From the NCBI GenBank assembly GCA_041687695.1, contig JAWLBL010000008.1, forward strand, positions 1 to 64,000: a stretch of DNA of 64,000 bases, in the 5' to 3' direction. Origin of the DNA: Myxococcota bacterium (GTDB lineage: Bacteria > Myxococcota_A > UBA9042 > PHBI01 > JAWLBL01). This document shows, one piece after another, positions 17,529-26,431 of the stretch (position 1 is its first letter; the number at the start of each line of letters is the position of its first letter). The notes below the pieces were generated by a model. The model did not search any database, was not told the origin of the DNA, and saw nothing but the letters and a program-made list of their open reading frames with translations. Position numbers and translations under genes: made by a program.

Positions 17529-19964
17529 CTATCGGACTTCGATGGCCACCGGGGCGGAGCGGCGGTCGCCGACGGCGACCTGGACCTCGTGGTGGCCGGG
17601 CGCGAGCGGCCAGCGGGTGACGAAGGGCCAGGAGGCGTCGCCGACCGGGCGTCCATTGACCAGCCAGGTCACGGCCTCGGCCGGCGGGTCGACCTCGGCG
17701 GCGAGGCGCAGCGACTGGGTAGCCGCCGGCTGGGCCGGGTCGAGGACGAAGACCTCGCCCGGGCGGGGCCAGGTGACGCGCAGGCGCTCGGGGCGCGGCG
17801 CCTGGGCGAGGTCGGCGGGGAGGCCCTCGGCCGGACAGCGCGGCGAGTAGGCGGTCGGCGGAGGCGTGCGCCCCTCGAGGGCCTCCCACTGCCGGAACTC
17901 GGGCGGCAGGGTCAGGGCGACGCGCCGCTCGACCTGGGCCTCGGGGCAGCCGGGGCCGGCGAGCAGGCCGTCGGCGCGGTGCACGGCCAGCGGGCGGTGC
18001 CAGCCGCAGGTCTCGGTGGGCATCCGGTCGCCCGGGACGTGGACGTGGCGCCGGTGCGGGCAGTGCTCGCCCGGGCGGTGGCCCGACGCGGCGCAGACCT
18101 CGATCCGGCGCAGGGTCTCGGGCGGGCGGAAGGCGGCCGGGACGCGGCGGACCGCCTGGCGCTGGGTCAGGTGCGTCAGCACCTTGGCGAACAGGGGCCC
18201 GGCGCCGGTCGCGCCCGCGATGGGGTTCATCGGGCGCCCGGAGAAGTCGCCCGCCCACACGGCGACGGTGACCTCGGGGGTGTAGCCGACCGTCCAGGTG
18301 TCGCGGAAGTTGCCGCTGGTGCCCGTCTTGACGGCGACCGGGAAGCCGAAGACCAGCGGGTTGCCCGCGCCGAAGGCGGCGACCCGCAGGGCCTCGTCGC
18401 TCAGGGCCTCGGTGACCAGCCAGGCCGCCTCGGCGGTCAGGACGCGCTCGCCGGCCGGCGGGGCGGCGTCGGCGCGGGTCTGGGGCGGGCAGGTCACGCC
18501 GCCGCGGGCCAGGGTGGCGTAGGCGGAGGCCAGCTCGAGCAGGGTCACCTCGCCGTTGCCCAGGGTCAGCCCCAGGCCATACCAGCGCGCCGGGCGGTCC
18601 AGCGAGTGGAAGCCGGCGCGGCGCAGCAGGGCCAGCAGGCGCTGCTCGCCGACGCGCTCGGCCAGGCGCACGGCGGGGATGTTGAGGCTGCGGGCGAGGG
18701 CCTCGCCGAAGAGGACCGGGCCCCGGAAGTCGCCGGCGTAGTTGCGGGGGCGGAACAGGTCGCCGCGCGCCGTGCCGTACCAGGTGGGGACGTCGGCCAG
18801 GACGGTCGCCGGGGTGAGGCCGGCCTCGAGGGCGAGCGCGTAGGTGAAGGGCTTGAGGGTCGAGCCGGGCTGGCGGCGGGCCAGGGCGCCGTTGACCGCG
18901 CCGTCGGGGGCGCGCCAGTAGTCGGTCGAGCCGACCATGGCGCGGACCTGGCAGGTCTGGTTGTCCAGGACGACCACGGCGGCCTGGCGGACGCCCTCGG
19001 GGGCGAGGCGGGCGACGTGCTCGGCGGTGAGGCGCTCGACGACCCGCTGGAGGTCGCCGTCGAGGGAGGTGCGGACCTCGCCGGCGCGGTCGAGGCCGCC
19101 GCGGACGTGCTCGGTGAAGTGCAGGGCGGCCAGGGCCAGGCCGTCGGCCGAGGCGAGCTGGAGCGGCTCGGTGAGGGCGCGGCGGTAGGTGGCCTCGTCG
19201 ATGCGGCCGGTCTCGTGCAGGCGCCACAGGACGTGGCGCTGGCGGCGGCGCGCGCCGTCGGGGTTCTTGAAGGGGTTGAGGGCGCTGGGGGCCTGGGGCA
19301 GGCCGGCGATCAGGGCGGCCTCGGCCAGGCTCAGGTGCTGGCTGGGTTTGCCGAAGTAGCGGTAGCTGGCGGCCTCGACGCCGATGGCGCCGGCGCCGTA
19401 GGGGGCGCGGTTGAGGTACTGCTCGAGGATGGTGGCCTTGTCGACGCGCTTCTCCAGGCGCCGCGCGTCGATGGCCTGGGCCCACTTGCCGCGGAGGTTG
19501 CGCGGGTGGCCCTCGAGCAGGCGCACCAGCTGCATGGTCAGGGTCGAGGCGCCCGAGACCAGCTCGCCGGCGCGCACGCCGTCGACCACGGCGCGCGCAA
19601 CGCCCAGCCAGTCGACGCCGGCGTGGTCGTAGAAGCGGGCGTCCTCGACGGCGATGGTGGCCTGGGCGACCCAGTCGCTCAGCTCGGGCAGCGGCGCCCA
19701 GCGCAGGCGGAAGCCGTCGGCGGTGACCAGCTCGCGCAGGGGGCGGCCCTGCAGGTCGGTCAGCAGGACGGACTCGGGCGGGCGCTCGAGGGCGGCGACG
19801 TCGTAGTCGCCGGCGAGGACGGCGAGCTCGAACAGGCCCCAGGCGCCCAGCAGGGTCAGGAGCAGGCCCAGGGCCAGGCGGCGGGCCAGGCGCAGGGCGC
19901 GGCGCCAGCGCGGCGGGCGAGCGGGCGGCGTGGGCGGCGGCGGGGGAGCGGTCGGCGCGGTCAT
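17529..19964 (-). CDS. pbpC: Penicillin-binding protein 1C
   Basis: EDARFYDH, SGASTLTMQL, GSTLKPF, SLN, KTGT; C-terminal BiPBP_C-like domain; downstream of alpha-2-macroglobulin. Confidence 0.92.
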   Translation of the reverse strand: MTAPTAPPPPPTPPARPPRWRRALRLARRLALGLLLTLLGAWGLFELAVLAGDYDVAALERPPESVLLTDLQGRPLRELVTADGFRLRWAPLPELSDWVAQATIAVEDARFYDHAGVDWLGVARAVVDGVRAGELVSGASTLTMQLVRLLEGHPRNLRGKWAQAIDARRLEKRVDKATILEQYLNRAPYGAGAIGVEAASYRYFGKPSQHLSLAEAALIAGLPQAPSALNPFKNPDGARRRQRHVLWRLHETGRIDEATYRRALTEPLQLASADGLALAALHFTEHVRGGLDRAGEVRTSLDGDLQRVVERLTAEHVARLAPEGVRQAAVVVLDNQTCQVRAMVGSTDYWRAPDGAVNGALARRQPGSTLKPFTYALALEAGLTPATVLADVPTWYGTARGDLFRPRNYAGDFRGPVLFGEALARSLNIPAVRLAERVGEQRLLALLRRAGFHSLDRPARWYGLGLTLGNGEVTLLELASAYATLARGGVTCPPQTRADAAPPAGERVLTAEAAWLVTEALSDEALRVAAFGAGNPLVFGFPVAVKTGTSGNFRDTWTVGYTPEVTVAVWAGDFSGRPMNPIAGATGAGPLFAKVLTHLTQRQAVRRVPAAFRPPETLRRIEVCAASGHRPGEHCPHRRHVHVPGDRMPTETCGWHRPLAVHRADGLLAGPGCPEAQVERRVALTLPPEFRQWEALEGRTPPPTAYSPRCPAEGLPADLAQAPRPERLRVTWPRPGEVFVLDPAQPAATQSLRLAAEVDPPAEAVTWLVNGRPVGDASWPFVTRWPLAPGHHEVQVAVGDRRSAPVAIEVR

Positions 19965-20063
19965 CGCGGGTCCTCGCAAACGGGGGGAGGCCGGGTGGAA
20001 GGGGGGAGGGCCGCCGGCGGCGCTCCGTGGGGGCTGGAGCGGCCGCCGGCGGCGCGGGGGCGG

Positions 20064-23000
20064 TCAGCGGATCTCGACCTCGTCGATGGCGGTCGCGGCC
20101 ATCAGATCGGTCTGGTACATCGCCTCGACGGTGGCCGCCGGGCGCAGGAAGCGGCCGGGCGTGGTGGCGCGGGCGACGTAGACGTACTCGGTCGTGCCGG
20201 GCGGCAGGTCGTTCACGAAGAACATCACCCGGGCGTCGCGGAGCTCGCTGTAGGACAGGACCTGCAGCCCGCGGGCGACGGCGTCGGTGAGCGGGCCCTG
20301 GGCCACGGTCTCGGTGGTGGCGAGGTTGGCGTTGAGCGCCTCGAGCCCGGCGGGCAGGCGGTCGTCGAGGGCGACGTAGTTGCGCTTGTCGGGGGTGGTG
20401 ACGCGCAGGCGGACGCGGACGAGCGAGCCGAGGGCGAGCGGGCCGGTGAGGGGCTGCCCGTCGAGGGTCTCGTAGACGCGTTCGACGGTGAAGCCGCGGC
20501 CGTGGGCGGCGCGGTTGGCCGGGGTCAGCTGGACCTCGTACTCGGCGCGCACGGTGACGTACAGCGGGCGGTCGCCGCGGCCCTGCACGGTGACGCGCTG
20601 GGCGGCGGGGCGGCCGGCGGCGCCGTCGAGCTGCGCGTCGGTCAGGGACAGGCGCCGCACGCGCGGGGTGACCGCCTCGAGCTCGCGCTCGGCCACGGCG
20701 CGGCCGTTGACCTCGAGGGCCAGGGCCGGGGCGCCGTCGGCCTCTCGGGACGAGGCGAGCGCGGCGACGGCCATGATGCCGAAGACGTTCTCCTGGGTGT
20801 TGCCCCACAGGCCGCCCTGCTTGCGGTTCAGCAGCCCCAGCAGCAGCTTGCGGGTGACTGCGCGCGCCGGGGTCGAGGTCGACGAGGCCAGCAGGGCGGC
20901 GGCGTGGGTGCGCAGCGGCGATCCCATCGAGTAGCCGCGGCCCGGCTCGCCCTCGTACCAGGCCTCGTCGGAGGTCTGCTTCGCGCGGCGGTGCACCTCG
21001 GCCATGATGGGCTCGAGCAGGCCCTGGTCGCCGCTGGGCAGCTCGGCGGCGGCGACGCCCAGGAACGACAGCCCGAAGGGCGTCAGCTGGGCGCGGCGGT
21101 CCCACAGGGCCGAGATCGTCGCGTGCTGCGGGCGGCCGAGGCGCCCCAGGGTCATGGCGAAGAAGGCCCGCGTGTCGCCGTCGGCCATGCCGCCGTGGGG
21201 CATCTCGCCGGTGATGGCGCCCTGGCGCAGCTGCGCCTCGAGGTAGTCCGCCATCTTGGCCAGCGCGTCGTTGGGCACGTCGTAGCCGCGCCTTTTCGCC
21301 TCGATGAGCGCCGTCAGGCCGAAGGCCGTGCCGAAGGCGTGGGGCGTGTCCTCGCCGGGCCAGTAGGACAGCCCGCCCGAGGTGGTCTGGAAGGACAGGA
21401 GGCGCTTGACGCCGGCCTCGCTGAACTTCTGCAGATCGGCCAGATCCACCGTGACGCCCATGTCGGGCAGCAGATCGCGCAGCATCACCAGCGGATAGGC
21501 CGTGCTGGTGGTCTGCTCGATGCAGCCGTAGGGGTAGTCCATCAGGTAGCCGACCGCGTCCTTCAGCTCGCTCAGCATCGTGCTCGACACGACCACCTCG
21601 AGGCGCGCCGTGCCCGGCTGGCGGTCGGCGGGCAGCTCGACCTCGACCTGCTCGCGCCCGGCGACCTGCCGCTGCACCACCGTGCGCCGCTTGGAGCCGG
21701 GGTTGAGCACCGGCAGCGTGACCTCGACCGCGTCGGCGACCGCGCCCATGCGCGCCTCGAGCCGCAGCCGGGCCTCGCCGCGGCCGGGGGCCGTCAGGGC
21801 GGCCACCTCGACGGGCAGCTCGAGCAAGGCCGAGCCGTTGGCCGGCGCCGTGACCACCGGCAGCGTGACCGTCGTCTGGCCGGCCGGCGTCGTCAGGCCG
21901 GTCAGCGTGGCCCGGACGGTGACCTCGCCCGGCTCGGCGGTGCCGTTGAACAGCTGCGCCCCGACCCGCAGCCGGTCGCCCGGGTGGACGAAGCGCGGCA
22001 GGACCGGCGAGACCATCAGCGGCTTCTTCACGGTGACCCGCGCGTCGGCCGACCCGCTGGCCGTGCCGGCGTCGACCACCACCGCCATGACCCGGTAGCT
22101 GGTCAGGTTGTCGGGCAGCGTCACGTCCACGCGGGCGCGTCCGTCGGCCCCGACCGCCACGGCCGGCGCGTAGAAGGCCGTCGACTGGAACAGGTTGCGC
22201 AGCTCGACCGGCGCGCGGGCCCCGTCGGCCTCGCCCTCTTCGTCGAAGTCTTCGCCGTCGCCGCCGGGGAACAGCAGATCGTGGCGGGCGCGGCGCGCGG
22301 CCGGCAGCTCGAGGCGGCTCTCGGCGGTGCGGACGCCCAGCGCCTCGGGGCGGAACAGGCCCGCCACCGGGTCCGGGGTCTTCATGCCGGTCAGCCCCAG
22401 CACGGCCTCGTCGACCACCATGACGACCGCCTGGCCGGCCGCGGGGCGGCCCTGAGCGTCGGTGACCGCCAGCTCGATGGGCAGGGTGTCGCCCGGCGCG
22501 GCGACCCGCGCGCCCGGGGTGACCTCGACCGCCAGGCGGTGCGGTGCGGGGGCGACCGACAGGGCCGCGTAACCCAGGCGCAGCGCCGGCGCGCCCAGGT
22601 CCAGGCCGTTCCTGCCCGGCGGGGCCGTCCGGCCCTTGAGCAGGGTCACCGAGACGAAGGCGTTGGGGACCAGGGCGGCCGTCACCGGGACCTCGATGGC
22701 CGGCGCGTCGCCGGACAGCGCCTGCACGCGGTGCTCCAGCACGCCGTCGCGCTCGACGGTGACCAGGGCGCGCGCCGAGGGCCACGGGCTCTGCACCGTC
22801 AGCCGCGCCGTCTCGCCCGGCAGGTAGGCGGCCTTGTCGGCGATGACCTCGACCCGCTCGTGCTCGAAGCGCGGCCAGGCGGCGACGCCGCTGCCGGTGG
22901 CCACCAGGTTGAAGCGGGCCTCGACCGGGCGGCGCGCCGGGTCGGTGGCGCGGGCCCGGACCTGGTAGCTGCCCGCCTCGGACAGCGTGAAGCGGCAGCG

Positions 23001-25880
23001 AGCCCCGGTGGCCTTGGTCACCACGCGGCAGCGCTGCACGATCTGCTGGTCCTGCTGGCTCACGCGCTCGACGCGCTCCTGGCCGGCGTCGTCGGTGACG
23101 ACCCGCGCGACGCTGTCCCAGCGCGTGCGCTCGAGCACCACCTCGGCCTTGACGCCCGCGACCGGAGCGCCCTCGGGGGAGACGGCGGCGACGGGGATCT
23201 CGACGGTCTCGCCGGCGGGAAACACGTGGCGCAGCGGCCGGGCCATGCCCAGGTAGAAGGCGGTCGGGTGGACGACGCGCGACAGGCGGCCGGCGTAGGC
23301 CTGGCGGTCGACGTCGGTGACCCGCGCCTCGAGCTGATAGCGCATGGGGCCGACCTCGGGGGCCTGGTCGGGCTTGAAGGCGACGGTCAGGCGGCCCTGG
23401 CCGTCCAGGCGGGCCGCGCCGTGGGTCAGCGCCTCGGGGACCGCGCCGCGGCTGGCGTCGCCGAAGACGTAGCGCGGGAAGGCGGGGGCTTCGAAGGCCT
23501 CGGGCGTGCGGGTGAGCGTCCAGTCGACCTGCCGGCCGGCGAGATCGCCGCCGTGCAGGTAGCGGCCCTCGATGGCGGCCTGGACCTCGGCGCCCAGCGC
23601 CCAGCCGGCCGCCGGGGCCGCGACCTTCACCTCGAAGGTGGGCACCCGGTACTCCTCGACCTGGAAGCGGTGGGTGGCGACCCGCGCGCCCTGGGTGACC
23701 TCGACCGACCAGCGGCCGACCGGGGCCTCGTCGCCCAGGGGCAGCTCGAGGTGGGCCGTGCCGAAGGCGTCGAGGGTCAGCGGCTGGTCGAGGACGTCCT
23801 TGTCGGCGGGGTCCTTGACCATGACGCGCACCGTGCGGTCGCGCGGGACGCGGCGGGTCTCGGCGTCGCGCACGATGACCTGCAGGTGCGCGGTCTCGCC
23901 CGGGCGGTAGACGCCGCGCTCGGTGAAGACGCTGGCCGACAGGGGGCGCGGGCCGCCGGCGTCGCCGCGCAGGCCGAACTGCCAGGGTTCGGCGAGCTGG
24001 CCCTGCTTGACCGGCAGGGCGGTGATCTCGTCGCCCGCGCGGGCCACCAGCCAGCCGGGCGTCTCGGGGCCGGTGCGGGTCAGCAGCGCGCGGCCGTCCA
24101 GGCGCGCCACGCCGTCCTCGCCGGCGGCGGCCTGGGACACGGGCTGGCCGTCCTGCCCGTGCAGCGCGACGGCGGCGGCGAGCGGCTGGCCGTCGGACAG
24201 GCGGGTCACCCAGGCCAGGGCGGCGCCGTCGGACAGCTTGGCGGTCACGCCCAGGGCGGTCGTCTGGACCAGGGCGCTGGCCGAGGTGCGGCCGGCCGTG
24301 CGCTCGCTGCCGGTGCCGGTGGCGGTGACGTCGACGCAGGCGAAGCGGGCGCCGGGGAGGTCGTCGAGGGCGACCTGCAGGGCGTGGGTGGTGTTTGCGG
24401 CGCGGGGCACGGCGACGCGGCGGGAGGTCAGGCGGCGCGCCTCGGGCAGGGCGGCGCAGCCCTGGGCCAGGTCCTGTCGGGCGGCCGAGAGCCAGGCCTC
24501 GACGCTGTCGAAGCCGTACACGTGGGCCTCGGCGTCGCGCAGGTTGCGGCCGCGGATCGGCAGGGCGGCGTGGCCGGCCTCGAGCAGGACGGGGCCGGCG
24601 GGCAGGGCCAGCGAGGGCGGGAGATCGGCGGCGCGCCAGGTGGCCTCGAAGCGCTCGCGCAAGGGGTTGCCCAGGATGTCGGTCAGCTCGGGGCCGATGG
24701 ACAGGCGGTAGGTGGCGCCCGGCGCCAGGGTGGCCCACACGGTGGTCTCGCCGTCGTAGGTCGAGACGTACAGGGACTCGGGGAGCGGCTCGACGTTCAG
24801 GTGCTGCTCGACGGCCGCCCAGGACACGCCGTTGTTGAAGCGGAAGCGGAAGCTGGCGTGCAGCGGGACGCGGTCCTCGCTGGCCTTGCGGTCGGCGTCG
24901 TGGGACAGCAGGACGAAGGAGTCGTTGACCTCGAGCTCGCGCGACTCGGTGGCCGGGCGGCGGTCCTTCCACGAGGGCAGCTCGAGCGTCATGATCTTGC
25001 CGGTCGGCGGCAGCTTGTCGACGCGCACGGCGACGATGTGATCGAGGGGCGCGTCGCCGTCCCACACCTGGCGGATGTCCTTGGGGCGCTCCAAGCGGAA
25101 GGGGACGGCGCGGCCGTCGGTGGTGACCAGGCGGGCGCGGCGGCGCAGGGCGGCCGGGTCGACCGGCTGGTCGTACAGGGCGAAGACGGGGCCGCGGCCG
25201 ATCTGGCCCGACTCGCTGTCGAGCAGGGCGACCAGGCGGGGCTGTCCCGGGACGGTGGCCCAGCCGGCGACCTTGCCGGCGGCCGAGAAGAAGGGGATCT
25301 GGTGCTGACGCTGCCAGCCGCTGAGCGGGGCGACGCCGGGCTCGCGGGGGCGGACCTCGCCCAGGGTCACCTCGAGCTGCTCGCCCCAGCCGAAGGCGCC
25401 GGGCTCGGGCTGGAAGGTCAGGGTGCGGTCGCTGGTCCAGGCGAGGCGGCCGGGGCGGGCGGGGGTGACGGTGAAGGCGGGCAGCGGGGCGGTGGCCAGG
25501 GCCGCGGGGTCGACGACGGCGTGGCTGAAGTAGACCTGGATGGGGCAGTCGCGGTCGGGGCACCAGCCCAGCCAGCCTTCGAGCTTGGGGGCGTCGTCGG
25601 GGGCGGCGGCGTCGGCGGCGGGCGCGTGGGCGGGCTGGGGCGCGGCTTGGGCGAGGGCGGTCGGGGCCGCCGGGAGGGGGCCCAGCAGGGAGCCCGAGCC
25701 GGGGGCGGGGACGCCGGAGCCCAGGTCGAGGCGCTGGTCGAGGCGGTGATCGTGGCGGGTGTGGGCGGCGTCGGGGGCGGCGCAGCCGGCGCCCCACAGG
25801 GCGAGGAGCGTGAAGAGCAGCCCGCGGGCGGCGCGGCGTGGGCGCGGCGCGCGGGGGCCTGTCGGCAGGGCAGGGCGCAT
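20064..25880 (-). CDS. Bacterial alpha-2-macroglobulin (lipoprotein)
   Basis: FTERGVYRPGE, EEYRVPTFEV, LPDNLTSYR, thioester motif YPYGCIEQ, WGNTQEN, lipobox GAGC. Confidence 0.93.
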   Translation of the reverse strand: MRPALPTGPRAPRPRRAARGLLFTLLALWGAGCAAPDAAHTRHDHRLDQRLDLGSGVPAPGSGSLLGPLPAAPTALAQAAPQPAHAPAADAAAPDDAPKLEGWLGWCPDRDCPIQVYFSHAVVDPAALATAPLPAFTVTPARPGRLAWTSDRTLTFQPEPGAFGWGEQLEVTLGEVRPREPGVAPLSGWQRQHQIPFFSAAGKVAGWATVPGQPRLVALLDSESGQIGRGPVFALYDQPVDPAALRRRARLVTTDGRAVPFRLERPKDIRQVWDGDAPLDHIVAVRVDKLPPTGKIMTLELPSWKDRRPATESRELEVNDSFVLLSHDADRKASEDRVPLHASFRFRFNNGVSWAAVEQHLNVEPLPESLYVSTYDGETTVWATLAPGATYRLSIGPELTDILGNPLRERFEATWRAADLPPSLALPAGPVLLEAGHAALPIRGRNLRDAEAHVYGFDSVEAWLSAARQDLAQGCAALPEARRLTSRRVAVPRAANTTHALQVALDDLPGARFACVDVTATGTGSERTAGRTSASALVQTTALGVTAKLSDGAALAWVTRLSDGQPLAAAVALHGQDGQPVSQAAAGEDGVARLDGRALLTRTGPETPGWLVARAGDEITALPVKQGQLAEPWQFGLRGDAGGPRPLSASVFTERGVYRPGETAHLQVIVRDAETRRVPRDRTVRVMVKDPADKDVLDQPLTLDAFGTAHLELPLGDEAPVGRWSVEVTQGARVATHRFQVEEYRVPTFEVKVAAPAAGWALGAEVQAAIEGRYLHGGDLAGRQVDWTLTRTPEAFEAPAFPRYVFGDASRGAVPEALTHGAARLDGQGRLTVAFKPDQAPEVGPMRYQLEARVTDVDRQAYAGRLSRVVHPTAFYLGMARPLRHVFPAGETVEIPVAAVSPEGAPVAGVKAEVVLERTRWDSVARVVTDDAGQERVERVSQQDQQIVQRCRVVTKATGARCRFTLSEAGSYQVRARATDPARRPVEARFNLVATGSGVAAWPRFEHERVEVIADKAAYLPGETARLTVQSPWPSARALVTVERDGVLEHRVQALSGDAPAIEVPVTAALVPNAFVSVTLLKGRTAPPGRNGLDLGAPALRLGYAALSVAPAPHRLAVEVTPGARVAAPGDTLPIELAVTDAQGRPAAGQAVVMVVDEAVLGLTGMKTPDPVAGLFRPEALGVRTAESRLELPAARRARHDLLFPGGDGEDFDEEGEADGARAPVELRNLFQSTAFYAPAVAVGADGRARVDVTLPDNLTSYRVMAVVVDAGTASGSADARVTVKKPLMVSPVLPRFVHPGDRLRVGAQLFNGTAEPGEVTVRATLTGLTTPAGQTTVTLPVVTAPANGSALLELPVEVAALTAPGRGEARLRLEARMGAVADAVEVTLPVLNPGSKRRTVVQRQVAGREQVEVELPADRQPGTARLEVVVSSTMLSELKDAVGYLMDYPYGCIEQTTSTAYPLVMLRDLLPDMGVTVDLADLQKFSEAGVKRLLSFQTTSGGLSYWPGEDTPHAFGTAFGLTALIEAKRRGYDVPNDALAKMADYLEAQLRQGAITGEMPHGGMADGDTRAFFAMTLGRLGRPQHATISALWDRRAQLTPFGLSFLGVAAAELPSGDQGLLEPIMAEVHRRAKQTSDEAWYEGEPGRGYSMGSPLRTHAAALLASSTSTPARAVTRKLLLGLLNRKQGGLWGNTQENVFGIMAVAALASSREADGAPALALEVNGRAVAERELEAVTPRVRRLSLTDAQLDGAAGRPAAQRVTVQGRGDRPLYVTVRAEYEVQLTPANRAAHGRGFTVERVYETLDGQPLTGPLALGSLVRVRLRVTTPDKRNYVALDDRLPAGLEALNANLATTETVAQGPLTDAVARGLQVLSYSELRDARVMFFVNDLPPGTTEYVYVARATTPGRFLRPAATVEAMYQTDLMAATAIDEVEIR

Positions 25881-25929
25881 CGGGGAGCCTCCTGGGCGGA
25901 GCGTGTGGTGGTAGGTTGCCCGGGGCTAC

Positions 25930-25945
25930 AGCAAGGGGCGTGCCA
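25930..25945 (-). promoter_or_regulatory. Sigma54 (-24/-12) promoter of the A2M-pbpC operon
   Basis: Minus strand TGGCACGCCCCTTGCT is an exact match to TGGCACG-N4-TTGC, ~50 bp upstream of the ATG. Confidence 0.8.
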
Positions 25946-26065
25946 GCGCACGGGGCGAGGCGCTTGGCGGGCGGAGGCCGCGGCCGGGGCCGAGAGCGTG
26001 GACGTGGGGCCACGGCGGGCGTGGACGGGGAGCCACAGGGGGCGCGGGGCGGCGGCCGGGGATCT

Positions 26066-26347
26066 CGGGAGGGGGTCGAGACCCCCTCGCGGAGATGAAG
26101 CGCATCTCCGGAACGGGGTCGGGACCCCCTCGCGGAGATGAAGCGCATCTCCGGAAGGGGGTCGGGACCCCTCGCGGAGATGAAGCGCATCTCTGGAAGG
26201 GGGTCGGGACCCCTCGCGGAGATGAAGCGCATCTCCGGAAGGGGGTCGGGACCCCTCGCGGAGATGAAGCGCATCTCTGGAAGGGGGTCGAGACCCCCTC
26301 GCGGAGATGAAGCGCATCTCTGGAAGGGGGTCGGCACCCCTTCGCGG
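26066..26347. repeat. Tandem array of 6 x 42-43-bp units with GGAGATG-AAGCG-CATCTCC palindrome
   Basis: Unit GGGGGTCGGGACCCCTCGCGGAGATGAAGCGCATCTC(C/T)GGAA, between divergent genes. Confidence 0.95.
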
Positions 26348-26431
26348 CGAAGGCCGCGAGCGGGCGGTCGGTTGTGCCAGGGGGCCGGGCGGGGGCAGGA
26401 TGGGCGGACGGGAGCACCGGAGGAGGGGACG

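Noticed and set aside
26066..26347. Possible CRISPR array, or a coding repeat (MKRISGRGSGPLAE) at the start of the 669-aa ORF
   Set aside because: There are no spacers. The real gene starts at 26432 with an RBS and lipoprotein signal, and 43-bp units break the frame.
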